A program made the translations under genes and the position numbers. The notes under the pieces are model-generated. The model saw only the letters and a list, made by a program, of their open reading frames with translations, did not search any database and had not been told where the DNA came from. This document shows, piece after piece, positions 32,771-42,226 of a stretch of DNA of 64,000 bases. The stretch's first letter is position 1. The number at the start of each line of letters is the position of its first letter. The stretch is taken from positions 32,001 to 96,000 of the forward strand of contig CAWCMR010000025.1 in assembly GCA_963796685.1 (NCBI GenBank). Reading direction: 5' to 3'. This stretch comes from an uncultured delta proteobacterium (GTDB taxonomy: Bacteria; Myxococcota_A; Polyangia; Fen-1088).

Positions 32771-33343
32771 TCATCGGCGGATCATGGGCTGCCGCCAGCG
32801 CCCGCGCCGAAGACGCCGGAACAGCATCATGGGGACGATGCCCGCACCAATCCCGATCCCCATGCCGACGATGGCGTGAAGGCCGACACAGCCGCCGGCA
32901 ATGGCGCCGGTGAACAGGGCCATGGAGGCGCCGCTCAGGAAGACGACCAGGGGATTCTTCGAGCGCGCTGCCAGCCGCGCGGTGAGCAGGCCGGCGATGA
33001 CTCCGCCGCCCACGCAATCGAACAGGCACGAGGTGTAGCAGGAAAAGCCCATGCAAACGTGGCCGTGCAGCTTGGCCAACACACCGGCAGCGAGGGGAAG
33101 CAGCCCGTAGGTCACGCCGGGAAGCACGCCTTTGCCCGGAGCCCGGCCCCACCAAAGTAGAAAGACCGACACGGCGTAAAGCGCGGCGGCGAGCAGCAGC
33201 GGAATCGAAACTTCCTGAACCAACAGCGCCACGCCCGCGCCCAGCAGCAGCGTCGGAATGGACCAGGCAGCGGCGTGCAGGATGCGCCCGACTTCGTAGG
33301 CGCGCTTGGCACGGTCGCGCAGATTCAGGGATTCAGTTTCCAT
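32771..33343 (-). CDS. Multi-pass membrane protein with His/Cys-rich loop, putative anti-sigma factor
   Basis: About 6 TM segments; HGHVCMGFSCYTSCLFDC; overlaps the end of the ECF gene. Confidence 0.8.
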   Translation of the reverse strand: METESLNLRDRAKRAYEVGRILHAAAWSIPTLLLGAGVALLVQEVSIPLLLAAALYAVSVFLLWWGRAPGKGVLPGVTYGLLPLAAGVLAKLHGHVCMGFSCYTSCLFDCVGGGVIAGLLTARLAARSKNPLVVFLSGASMALFTGAIAGGCVGLHAIVGMGIGIGAGIVPMMLFRRLRRGRWRQPMIRR

Positions 33344-33866
33344 AGATTGCTCTCCAAGCTTCCTTCAGTCGGGACATCGCACGCTCGCGCCGCTTGCGAA
33401 AGGTCGCGCCCGCGACGCCGGCCGGTTTGCTTTCGTCGAAGCTCGCCAGCAAGGTTTGCTGGTCCGATTCCGACAGCGAGCCGAGCACCTGGCGCGCGCT
33501 GGTCATGAGTTGATTGCGCGCGAGCTGGGCTTCCGGGCTCTCGGACGAATCCGCGAGGTCCTGATCGCCCAGGGCGGTGGTCCGCGCGCGCGTCATCTGC
33601 TTTTGCACGGTTCTGACCTCCCAGCTTGCGATGGCGAGCACCCAGGTGAAGGCGTCGCCGGTGGCCTCGAAGGTCGAGGCGCGCTGGAAGACCTTGAGCA
33701 GGGCCAGTTGCGCGGCATCCTCGGCATCGGCACCGGAGAGCATCTTTGCGCAAAACGCGGTCACCACGGGCCGGAGGGCCGCGTACACCTCGTCGAAGAC
33801 GACGCGATCCCCATCGGCCAAGCGAATCATCAGCGCGGTCACGTGCTTTCTGACGTCTGCGTTCAT
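33333..33866 (-). CDS. ECF sigma factor
   Basis: RLADGDRVVFDEVY, DAEDAAQLALLKVF, WVLAIA; compact region 4 (ATFRKRRERA). Confidence 0.9.
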   Translation of the reverse strand: MNADVRKHVTALMIRLADGDRVVFDEVYAALRPVVTAFCAKMLSGADAEDAAQLALLKVFQRASTFEATGDAFTWVLAIASWEVRTVQKQMTRARTTALGDQDLADSSESPEAQLARNQLMTSARQVLGSLSESDQQTLLASFDESKPAGVAGATFRKRRERAMSRLKEAWRAIYGN

Positions 33867-33955
33867 GGGGTCACCCGAATGGGCGAGGTCTGGGTATATG
33901 CCTCGCCCGGCGGCGTTTTGCCATGGGCTACTCGAGCGTGGCCTCGGCCCTGTCG

Positions 33956-33996
33956 GGCCTTCACCCCCAATAGGCCGCGGGAAGAGAAGCGTGACA
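33956..33996 (-). promoter_or_regulatory. Second copy of the 40-bp element, candidate autoregulatory promoter
   Basis: GGCCTTCACCCCCAATAGGCCGCGGGAAGAGAAGCGTGACA vs 31064-31103. Confidence 0.8.
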
Positions 33997-34057
33997 GGAC
34001 GGGGATGCCGAGCTTCCAGCCCTTGCCAGTCCGATTTTCGGCGCTAGAAGCTCTGGC

Positions 34058-34652
34058 ATGGCAATGGGAGCGAAAAGGACCGTCCTGACGATCTCGCTGA
34101 CCGTCGTCGGGACACTCATATTCGGTGTGGTAGGCGCACTCGTCGTGGTGTACTCCGGCATGGTCGAGGTTGCCGCGACAAAGCATCCATCGGCGCTCAC
34201 GAGCTGGTTCCTCAACACGACTCGTGATCACTCGATTCATACCCGAGCCCTGAGCATCGCGGTGCCCGGCCTCGACGCGCCCGGCATGTTGCAACTGGGC
34301 GCTGGCCATTACAAGGAGATGTGTGTTGGCTGCCACGGAGCGCCCGGAGTCGAGGCCGGCGATGCCGCGCAAGGGCTCGAGCCCGCGCCGCCGGTGCTCT
34401 ATCAAGGGCCGCCGATGACCAAGGAAGATGCCGCTGAAACCTTCTGGGTCGTGAAAAACGGGATCCAGATGACCGGCATGCCTGCTTTCGGAAAGACACA
34501 CGACGATAACCGAGCTGTGGGCCGTCGTCGCTTTCGTGAAGCACCTCAACGGCATGAGTGCTGAGGAATACCGGAAGGCGACCGCCGCCCCAGGTGGAAC
34601 GGAATCCGCCGGTGCCGCCGCAACGGAGGAGCAGGCCGAACAGCAGCGATAG
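34058..34652 (+). CDS. Membrane-anchored c-type cytochrome (frameshift near 34510)
   Basis: CVGCHGAPG, FWVVKNGIQMTGMPAFG, continuing ELWAVVAFVKHL in another frame. Confidence 0.9.
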
Positions 34653-34773
34653 CGATTCCGCTGCCCGGATGAGCAGGACGCGCGGCAGGTGTCGATTCTT
34701 CGCCGCATCAGCTGACCGAAAGCGGACTGTGCCTCGGTCCGTAATACTCGAGTTGGTTCCTGGCTCTCCCCGA

Positions 34774-37023
34774 TCACTCGGCCGAGCTCGCAACATCGAG
34801 CACGGCCCGATCCCGGCCCAGGTCCTTGGCCCGGTAGAGGGCACGGTCGGCCCGTTCCACCAGTTCCTGCGCCTGTAGCTTGTCGCCGCGCAAGGAGGCG
34901 ATTCCCAGGCTGATGGTGAGCCTGCAAAGAAGGGAATTCTCCGCGCCCAATTGTGCGCGGATGTGCTCGGCGACGATGCTCGCGCCCTCCCCGTCGGTCT
35001 CGGGAAGAATGACGCCGAACTCGTCGCCGCCGTAACGGGTGACCAGGTCCAGGCCGCGCCTGGCCCCGTTGCCGATGCACCGGGCGACGACCCGCAAGGC
35101 CTCGTCTCCGGCGGGGTGACCGTAGACATCGTTGTATTCCTTGAAGCGATCGATGTCGATCATGACCACGGCCAAATCGCGATCGTAGCGCTGCCCGCGC
35201 TCAGCCTCCTTTTGCAGAAGGATTTCGAAGTACCGTCGGTTGTACACCTCGGTCAGGCCATCGGTGAGCGAGAGCTGCCGGAGCTCGTCGTGCAATCGCG
35301 CACTCTTGAGCGCGGCGGCCAATTGCACCGCCACCGCGGCCAAGGGCCTCAGATCCTCGGCGTCGAAAGCGACATAGCCCAGGCTTTCGTCTTGGTGAAA
35401 AAGCGGCAGCAGGGCCAAGTTGAAAGGCTTGTCCTCGGGATAAAGACTCGGGGGAGGAAACGTACGACTCTCGAATCGCGAGGGCGGGTGGGCGGTGCCC
35501 TTGGCATAGATGACGCTTTCGGCGACGGGATCCCCCTGCCGCGCCTCGAAGAAGGCGATGTGCGCCCCGGTCACCCCCACCTTGGGCAGCTCCTCCGCGA
35601 GGGTGTTTTGGATTTGGATTTCATCCAGGGAAGAGAGCAGCCTGGCGGTCAGGCGTCCCATGTTTTCGTCGCGATTCGTTTGCAGGAGTTGCAGCCGCAC
35701 GTAGCGCCGCCTGGTGCTTTCACTCAGCAACACACGCGCCTGGTGCAACAGCTCTTCCCTGGGATCCTCGCCGGCCGGGTTCGGTGCCCGCGCCGCCCCT
35801 TTCCCGGCGTCCGGGCACGTCCCCAACCGGAGCACGGAGATGGCGGCCTGCCACGCGTGCGCGTCGTCATCCAGACTCTCGATGCGCTGAAGGACCTGCA
35901 TGAGCGCGACCTGGAACCGCGATGGATCGCGAGTTTCCAGACTTTGCAGAAAGCCGGACACCAGTTGCTCGCACAGCGACCCAATCTCGACGTGATGGGC
36001 GAGAACGGATTGCGAGCGCAGCGCCCTCAACATCGCCTGGGTCAGTTTCTCCTTCCGCAGGGCCGGCTCGATCGATTCCCGGAAAAAGTCCGTTTCTTGA
36101 AGGGCCGCGGCGCCGAGCATCTCCGGAAAGCATCCGCAGGACTGCCTAGTCATCAGCCGGGTGGCCACGCGAACCGTGGTGGGCAGGGCTTGCGGGCCGT
36201 CCTCGATGCGCTCGCGAATCAGCTCCAGGGCTCGGTATCCGGTCTCGTAGAGCGGGTAGTGGACGCTGGTCAGCGGCGGAATCTGAACCAGCGCCTCGGG
36301 CTGATCGTCGAACCCGGTCACTGCCACGTCCCATGGGATACGCAGTCCGGCCTCGCTCAGCGCCCGTACGACGCCCAGAGAGGAGAAGTCATTGCTGCAC
36401 ATCACGGCGGTGAACTTCACCCGGGACGCAAGTAAGCGCTTGGTCGCACGGCAGGCCTCCTCGTCCCAATGAAGCCCGTATTGCAAGAGTCGCGCATCGT
36501 CGCTGAGGCCGAGCTCGGCCACGCCCTGCCGGTAGGCCTCGACCCGGGCGAAGCTGTCGCCCGAGTCCTGCGGGTCGCCCGCGATGAAGGCGATCTCGCG
36601 GTGGCCGTGCCCAACCAAATGCTCGAGGGCCTGGCGGATGCCGCCCTCGTTGTCCGGCATGATGGTAGGGATGCCGCTGCCGCTTCCGATGAAGAGCATG
36701 GGAAATTTCCGTTCGCGCAGCTCCCGGACGTATCGGATTCGCTCCTCCGTGCGCAGGGGGGAAAAGACCAGCAAGCCATCGGTGTTCCATGGCCCGACGG
36801 GAACGAAGTCGACATTGTCCTCGAGCGTGGGCCAGGCCAGGCGATACCGACTTACACTCGACTCGTGCCGGATGCCGCAGGCCACGAGCAGATTGACTCC
36901 GCGCTCGCGCGCCGCGCTTTGGGCGCCACGGATGATGGGGGAATAGAACCAGCTCGGATTCATCCCCGCGTAGACGTGGGAATCCAGCAGGATGCCGACG
37001 GTGTATCTTCGCTTGTTCTTCAT
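34774..37023 (-). CDS. Diguanylate cyclase with N-terminal LacI-type ligand-binding domain
   Basis: DNEGG, CSNDFS, IPWDVAVTGFDD, PPLTSV, RQSCGC; C-terminal RGLD I-site and YGGDEF. Confidence 0.95.
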   Translation of the reverse strand: MKNKRRYTVGILLDSHVYAGMNPSWFYSPIIRGAQSAARERGVNLLVACGIRHESSVSRYRLAWPTLEDNVDFVPVGPWNTDGLLVFSPLRTEERIRYVRELRERKFPMLFIGSGSGIPTIMPDNEGGIRQALEHLVGHGHREIAFIAGDPQDSGDSFARVEAYRQGVAELGLSDDARLLQYGLHWDEEACRATKRLLASRVKFTAVMCSNDFSSLGVVRALSEAGLRIPWDVAVTGFDDQPEALVQIPPLTSVHYPLYETGYRALELIRERIEDGPQALPTTVRVATRLMTRQSCGCFPEMLGAAALQETDFFRESIEPALRKEKLTQAMLRALRSQSVLAHHVEIGSLCEQLVSGFLQSLETRDPSRFQVALMQVLQRIESLDDDAHAWQAAISVLRLGTCPDAGKGAARAPNPAGEDPREELLHQARVLLSESTRRRYVRLQLLQTNRDENMGRLTARLLSSLDEIQIQNTLAEELPKVGVTGAHIAFFEARQGDPVAESVIYAKGTAHPPSRFESRTFPPPSLYPEDKPFNLALLPLFHQDESLGYVAFDAEDLRPLAAVAVQLAAALKSARLHDELRQLSLTDGLTEVYNRRYFEILLQKEAERGQRYDRDLAVVMIDIDRFKEYNDVYGHPAGDEALRVVARCIGNGARRGLDLVTRYGGDEFGVILPETDGEGASIVAEHIRAQLGAENSLLCRLTISLGIASLRGDKLQAQELVERADRALYRAKDLGRDRAVLDVASSAE

Positions 37024-37427
37024 TGCAGAAATAGCCGCTACGCGTCACAGTGACGGGTAGCCCAGGTACGATTGTATTCCTGTCCGAACGCGCTGGCGAA
37101 CCTCCCAAGCCCGCGATGGCCGCAGAAGGTCGTGGGCGTGGGCGTGGCCGTGGCCGGTTGTCATTGCCGTCGGCCACTGCGGCGAGGACGCCTACGGCCA
37201 TGGAAAGCCGCGCCTACGGCCACCCATCATCGCTACGATTGTGGCGCGTGCATCCTGGTGAAAAGGTGTCTCTCTCCGGGCGCCGGACTGAAAGCCCCGT
37301 TCCAAGACTGAGTCCCTCGGCTCGCACGTTGACGTCACCGTGGCCCGTGGCCAGACATTTCGGACGCTCCGGACACGGGAAAGCATCCTGCCGTCAGCAG
37401 CATGGATGTCTTCAAGCGCGACTTGGA

Positions 37428-38651
37428 TTAGTGCAGGTACGGCTTGATCGCGTTGTACCAGACGACCGCCATCTTCTCGTAGCCGCTCTCGTGGGGGTGG
37501 ACTGAGTCCATATCCGTATTCGCAATTATGCCCGTAAACTGGTCGACCACGATGACGTGCTTGCCGGCGTCGGCGCGCTGCTTAACGACTCCTGGAATCG
37601 CATTGTTGAACGTGGTTACGGCGCTCGCCTGGGCAGGCAAGGGAATGATTTGGGCCACCACCACGAGAGCGTCGGGAGCATCGGCCACGATGTGGTCGAT
37701 GAGCGTACCCAAACGATCAGGAGCGCCGCTGGCTTGACCTAGATTCAGGTCGTTGGTCCCAAGGTGGACCAACACGATGTTCGGCCCGGTGTCGGCGACC
37801 ACTTTCTTGCCCGCGTAGTTGACACCGTCGTTGGTCGCGGTCGACTTGCCCGTGACGAGGTCGTCGTCTTGTTGAATAGTCCAGCCGCTATGTCCTTCGT
37901 GCTTGCCGACCCACTTCGAGCTAGAGCTTCCCAGCTTCGAAAGAGCGGTTGAGTCTGGAGGGTTGGCCGTGTCGTAGCCCACGAAGGTGAGGTTCTTGCT
38001 GTCAGTCACCGTGTGGGTGAAGAGCTTGATACGGTACCCGCCGCCGTAGTTGATGCCCCAGGTGATGGAGTCGCCGAGCGGCAGAACCTTGCAGGGATCC
38101 CCGTTCGTCGGGCAGGGATCGAAGCCGGTCGACCCGGTATCAGGTCCCGCCTCCGCGCCACCCGCATCCTTGCTTCCCGCATCCAGGCCTCCCGCGCCGC
38201 CGGTCGCCGTCGCTCCGCCGGTTCCGGTTTTGCCACCCGAGCCCTTCCCGCCAGAGCCAGTCATTCCCCCAGCAGTAGAAGCTCCGCCAGCTCCGCCACC
38301 GCCACCAACTCCAGTGGCCCCACCGGTGCCCGACTTGCCGCCCGTGGCCGACATCCCACCCGCGTTACTCGAACCGCCGGTCGCCGAGCTACCGCCCGCG
38401 GCCGAGCTGCCGCCCGTTGCCGAGCTGCCGCCCGTGGCCGAGCTGCCGCCGGCGCTGGTCGTTCCGCCGGAGCCGGAGCTTCCACCTGTAGACGTCTTCC
38501 CGCCGGATCCACTGCCGCCGGAAGAGGTGGCCCCGCCGGTTCCGCCCGCGCCGCCGGTACCCGTGGGCTCGTTGCTCGATGAGTTGCTGCAACCGCCGAA
38601 GGCTACGACGGCCAGCGTTGCAATCGCCAAGAATTTCGTTCGAGTTTCCAT
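37428..38651 (-). CDS. SGNH/GDSL hydrolase lipoprotein (carbohydrate esterase 3-like)
   Basis: FGGC lipobox, long Gly/Ser/Thr linker, LGDSIT, HEGHSG, LGTND, DSVHP. Confidence 0.93.
   Translation of the reverse strand: METRTKFLAIATLAVVAFGGCSNSSSNEPTGTGGAGGTGGATSSGGSGSGGKTSTGGSSGSGGTTSAGGSSATGGSSATGGSSAAGGSSATGGSSNAGGMSATGGKSGTGGATGVGGGGGAGGASTAGGMTGSGGKGSGGKTGTGGATATGGAGGLDAGSKDAGGAEAGPDTGSTGFDPCPTNGDPCKVLPLGDSITWGINYGGGYRIKLFTHTVTDSKNLTFVGYDTANPPDSTALSKLGSSSSKWVGKHEGHSGWTIQQDDDLVTGKSTATNDGVNYAGKKVVADTGPNIVLVHLGTNDLNLGQASGAPDRLGTLIDHIVADAPDALVVVAQIIPLPAQASAVTTFNNAIPGVVKQRADAGKHVIVVDQFTGIIANTDMDSVHPHESGYEKMAVVWYNAIKPYLH
38383..38454. repeat. 4 x 18-bp tandem repeat encoding the (GGSSAT)n linker
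   Basis: GCCGAGCT[AG]CCGCC[CG]G.. units at 38383, 38401, 38419 and 38437. Confidence 0.9.
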
Positions 38652-38660
38652 CGTTTGCTC

Positions 38661-38688
38661 TATGGCCAGGACTTCCCGCTTTGATCAC
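38661..38688 (-). promoter_or_regulatory. Candidate ECF promoter GTGATCAAA-N13-GCCATA for the SGNH hydrolase
   Basis: Same boxes, spacing and internal GGAA as 39868-39895. Confidence 0.8.
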
Positions 38689-38785
38689 ATCCACCCACAA
38701 ATTTTTCACGCGCCAAGAAGCGACGCTTGGCGCGTGACGGGAGCCGAGCATTGACGCCCAGGATGACAAATGGGAGAGGATACCC

Positions 38786-39871
38786 ATGCGCGCCTGCCGG
38801 CGAATCGGAGCGATTGCGCTCCTTCTCCTTACTGCGCCGGATTTTCCGGTGTACGCAAGCGCCGAGCCGGAGCATATCCGTATCCAATTTTCGGCCCCGA
38901 GGAGATGCCCGGATGCGAACGCCTTCATGCGCTCGCTTCGCCAGCGCACCGGGCGCTTCGAGCTCGCCAGCGGGGCCGAGCAAACGCGGATCTTCGTGGT
39001 GACCATCACCCGTGCGGATTCCTTCGTTTCTGGGCGCCTTGAAATCCGGGGGCCGGGGACCGAGGTGTCCCTGCGGAACGTCTCCGGCAATAACTGCGAC
39101 GAGGTCGCGGCCGCCCTGGCGCTGATGACTGCCCTGGCCATCGATCCTGATGCCCTGCCGCCGAGTACCCCGTCGTCTACGGCCAATGTGCGCGCCGAAG
39201 CATCGAAACAGGCGCCCCCTGCGTCCGAACCCTCGCCGTCTGTGCCAGCCGTCTCGAACCTGGCGCCTCCTGCGCCGCCTCGGTCGACGTCGTCGACGTC
39301 GCCCGCGATCATGCCCATTTCGGCCGGGTGGAAATGGTCCGCCGGCGCGCACGGCGGGGTCAGTCAGCGCATGTCGCCGAGCACCGGCTTCGGTGGCTCG
39401 CTGTTCGTCGAGGCGGCGGCGCCGGGCGCGGACGTGCTTGGGCCGGTTCTTCGCGCGGGCCTGTTCCTGAACCGGAGCGACACGACCTTGGCGAGCGGCG
39501 CCGGGGCGGATTTCCAGTGGGCCGCGGCGATGGTCGAAGGGTGCCCCATTCGAATAGGCGTTGAAGGTTCGAGGGTTGCATTCTACCCCTGCCTTGCCTT
39601 CCATCTCGGCGTGCTGCGCGCACAAGGGCGTCACCTCGACCAGCCCGAGAAGACGACGGACCTGTGGTCCGACCTCGGACCGGTCGCGCGCATCCGGCTT
39701 GCCGTCTCGGCGCGTCTCTTTCTCGAAGCGCAAGGCATGCTCGTGTTTCCGCTTCGTCGCCCAACCTTCGACGTCCACGACAAGGGGCCTGGCCAGGCCC
39801 CCACGACGGTGTTCGCCGTGCCGCTTCTGGGGGTGCTTGCCGGAATTGGCCTTTCCTATGAATTCCGGTGA
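38786..39871 (+). CDS. Hypothetical secreted protein with probable C-terminal beta-barrel
   Basis: Signal peptide, CPD..CDEVAAALAL N-terminal domain, Pro/Ser linker, amphipathic strands ending LSYEFR. Confidence 0.8.
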   Translation: MRACRRIGAIALLLLTAPDFPVYASAEPEHIRIQFSAPRRCPDANAFMRSLRQRTGRFELASGAEQTRIFVVTITRADSFVSGRLEIRGPGTEVSLRNVSGNNCDEVAAALALMTALAIDPDALPPSTPSSTANVRAEASKQAPPASEPSPSVPAVSNLAPPAPPRSTSSTSPAIMPISAGWKWSAGAHGGVSQRMSPSTGFGGSLFVEAAAPGADVLGPVLRAGLFLNRSDTTLASGAGADFQWAAAMVEGCPIRIGVEGSRVAFYPCLAFHLGVLRAQGRHLDQPEKTTDLWSDLGPVARIRLAVSARLFLEAQGMLVFPLRRPTFDVHDKGPGQAPTTVFAVPLLGVLAGIGLSYEFR

Positions 39872-39895
39872 TCAAATCTGGAATCTGCAGCCATA
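39868..39895 (+). promoter_or_regulatory. Candidate autoregulatory ECF promoter GTGATCAAA-N13-GCCATA
   Basis: Ends 3 nt before the sigma ATG (leaderless-type position). Confidence 0.8.
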
Positions 39896-39898
39896 CTC

Positions 39899-40504
39899 AT
39901 GACGATGGCTGAAGCCAGCTCGACCGCCTGCAAGATTGCGACGAGCGCCTGCGGAGCGTCCGAGCGCAGTCCTGCTTCGCCCGATCGACTGCAAGCCCTG
40001 CTCACCGGTCACCACGCCTTCGTGTGGCGCTCGCTGCGGCGCTTGGGGGTTCCCGACTGCGATGTCGACGATGCCAGCCAGCAGGTGTTTTGGGTCGCCT
40101 ATCGGCGCCTGGCCGAGATCGCGCCGGAGAGCGAGCGGTCCTTCCTTTTCCAGACCGCCCTGCGGGTGGCCGCGGACTGGCGACGCGCCCACAAGCGACG
40201 GGGCGAGCAAACGGGTATGGATCTGCTCGACGTGCCCGACGGCGCCGCCAATCCAGAGGAGCTGATGGACCAGCGGCGGGCGCGCGCGCTGCTCGACCGG
40301 GTGCTCGGGGTCTTGCCCATGGACCTGCGGGCAGTGTTCGTGCTCTTCGAGCTCGAGGAGATGACGATGATGGAGATCGCGACCCTGTCCGACCTCCCGC
40401 CCGGCACCGTGGCGTCACGGCTAAGGCGAGCGCGTCGGGCATTCCAAGAGGCGGTCAGAGAGTTGACGGCCGACAAACGTGCCCGGCGACAAGGTGAACC
40501 ATGA
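39899..40504 (+). CDS. ECF sigma factor
   Basis: FVWRSLRRLGV, DDASQQVF, VFVLFELEEM, GTVASRLRRAR. Confidence 0.96.
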   Translation: MTMAEASSTACKIATSACGASERSPASPDRLQALLTGHHAFVWRSLRRLGVPDCDVDDASQQVFWVAYRRLAEIAPESERSFLFQTALRVAADWRRAHKRRGEQTGMDLLDVPDGAANPEELMDQRRARALLDRVLGVLPMDLRAVFVLFELEEMTMMEIATLSDLPPGTVASRLRRARRAFQEAVRELTADKRARRQGEP

Positions 40505-41249
40505 TGGAGCCACACCGACTGCTGGAAGAGGGTGCAACCCACGCCGAGCGGGCGCTTCTCCGTGCTGCTCGGTCGGATGAGCCGCCTGCGGGCGCTGCCC
40601 AGCGGATGTTGGTTGCGCTCGAGGGTTTGACGGTGGGAAGTGGTCCCCCAGCTCCCAGGGATCGGGCCAGGAGCTTCACGCGCCGAGCGCTCCTGCGTCC
40701 GCCCACGCCTTCAAGCTCGGGGCCTTGGCCAAGGTCGGGTTGGCCGCCGTGGTCGGCCTCGGCGCCTTGGGCGGCGGGGTTTTCGTGCATCGGATCGCCG
40801 GGCAGCCAGCGGTCCTGGGCGCGAGGTCCGGTGCGCCCGCGTCGGCGATGCAGGAAAGACCTGTCGCGGCCAACTCCGAGATCGAAAGCCCGACACCCGC
40901 GCCCGAACCGAACGTGCCTCCGACGCGCGCCCCGGGGACCGCTCTCCGTCGCCGAGCGGCTCATGCGACGAACGAGTCTTTGAGCGCCGAGATACGCATC
41001 CTCGATGCCGCACGCGCCGCGGTCGACACCCACAATCCTGCGGCAGCGCAGCGGGCGCTCGACACCTACGTACAGCGCTTCCCGCAGGGGCACCTCAAAC
41101 CCGAAGCGACGGTGCTGCGCCTCACCGTCCTGGTCCGGCAAGGCCATCGCACGGCAGCCAGAGCCTTGGCGACGCAGTTGCTTGCCAGCGAGTCGTACAA
41201 AGCCTACGAGTATCGGATTCGGTCTCTGCTTCGAGAGTCCGAGGAGTGA
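40501..41249 (+). CDS. Putative single-TM anti-sigma factor with C-terminal TPR-like domain (frameshift in the C-run at 40645-40649)
   Basis: ERALLRAARSDEPP N-terminus; TM segment; SLSAEIRILDAARAA...YVQRFPQGHLKPEA. Confidence 0.82.
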
Positions 41250-41260
41250 GGGAAGAGCCC

Positions 41261-42199
41261 ATGGCACGAGTCCTCGCGGCACGTCTCCCCCTGGCGATGC
41301 TGTGCTCGCTCGCCGTGCTGGATGCCTGCAGCGCACGCGAGTCCCTGGGCAGCAACAATGCCAAGGTGGCCGGTGCGGGCGGAACGAACGGAGCAGACGG
41401 ATCCTACGCAGCAGACGGAGCTTCGGCCGGGTTGACCGGTCCCGTCCTGCCCAAAGCAAAAGAAGCATGCCCAGCCATGGCCGGTCTGGCCGGGACGGAC
41501 CTGACCTTCCTGGGGAACACCGTGACGATTTGGTCGGGACCTTCGGGCTCGGTGGGTCCCATGGTGTTCTATTGGCACGCCACATCGGCGGGGTCCGATG
41601 AAGCCATCGCGGGCCTCGGGCCCGGCACGAGCGAGGTCGTGACCTCGGGCGGGGTCGTCGCCTCCTTCGTCGACAGCAATGGAACCGGAACGAACACCGG
41701 CGATTACACCTGGTACACCGGCGATTTCAATACCGCCGACGAGGTCCTGGCCTGCGCCAACCAGCAGGGGCTGATCGATATCGCTCATATTCACTCCGCG
41801 GGCTACAGCCCGGGGAGCTGCCAGACCGCCGCCATGGTCTATGCGCGTCCCTATCTGGCGAGCATTCTCTGCTACTCGGGCGGCGCGATGACCCTCGGCG
41901 CACTCCCCGATCCCAAGAACCATCCGGCCATGATTGGCGCGCACGGGGGCGTGGGCAACGACATCTTCGGCATCGACATCGCGGTCAACACCATCCTTCT
42001 CGAAAACGATCTCAAGAGCAAAGGCTCGTTCGTCATCGACTGCGACGACGGCGGCGACCACATTCAGAGCATCGGGACGCGCATGGCGGGGGCGGCAGGG
42101 CCCGGCTGGCAGTTCTTCAAAGACCACCCCTACGAAGTCAATCCCGAGCCCTACAAGAGCGTGCCATCGACCTTCCCGGCCTATTGCAAGCTGCTGTGA
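41261..42199 (+). CDS. Alpha/beta-hydrolase-like lipoprotein
   Basis: LDAC lipobox; VFYWHAT, GYSPG elbow, DIF, GGDH. Confidence 0.78.
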   Translation: MARVLAARLPLAMLCSLAVLDACSARESLGSNNAKVAGAGGTNGADGSYAADGASAGLTGPVLPKAKEACPAMAGLAGTDLTFLGNTVTIWSGPSGSVGPMVFYWHATSAGSDEAIAGLGPGTSEVVTSGGVVASFVDSNGTGTNTGDYTWYTGDFNTADEVLACANQQGLIDIAHIHSAGYSPGSCQTAAMVYARPYLASILCYSGGAMTLGALPDPKNHPAMIGAHGGVGNDIFGIDIAVNTILLENDLKSKGSFVIDCDDGGDHIQSIGTRMAGAAGPGWQFFKDHPYEVNPEPYKSVPSTFPAYCKLL

Positions 42200-42226
42200 C
42201 CGAGCCGGCCGAATGGCCCCGAACGG

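Noticed and set aside
37130-37160. GTGGGC/GTGGCC hexamer run
   Set aside because: Short low-complexity GC sequence with no supportable function
38383-38454. Tandem repeats as a possible CRISPR array
   Set aside because: No spacers; in-frame Gly/Ser linker of a lipoprotein; no cas genes
40640-42199. 519-aa ORF as a single protein
   Set aside because: The real gene starts at 41261 (RBS and lipobox); the upstream part overlaps the anti-sigma gene in another frame
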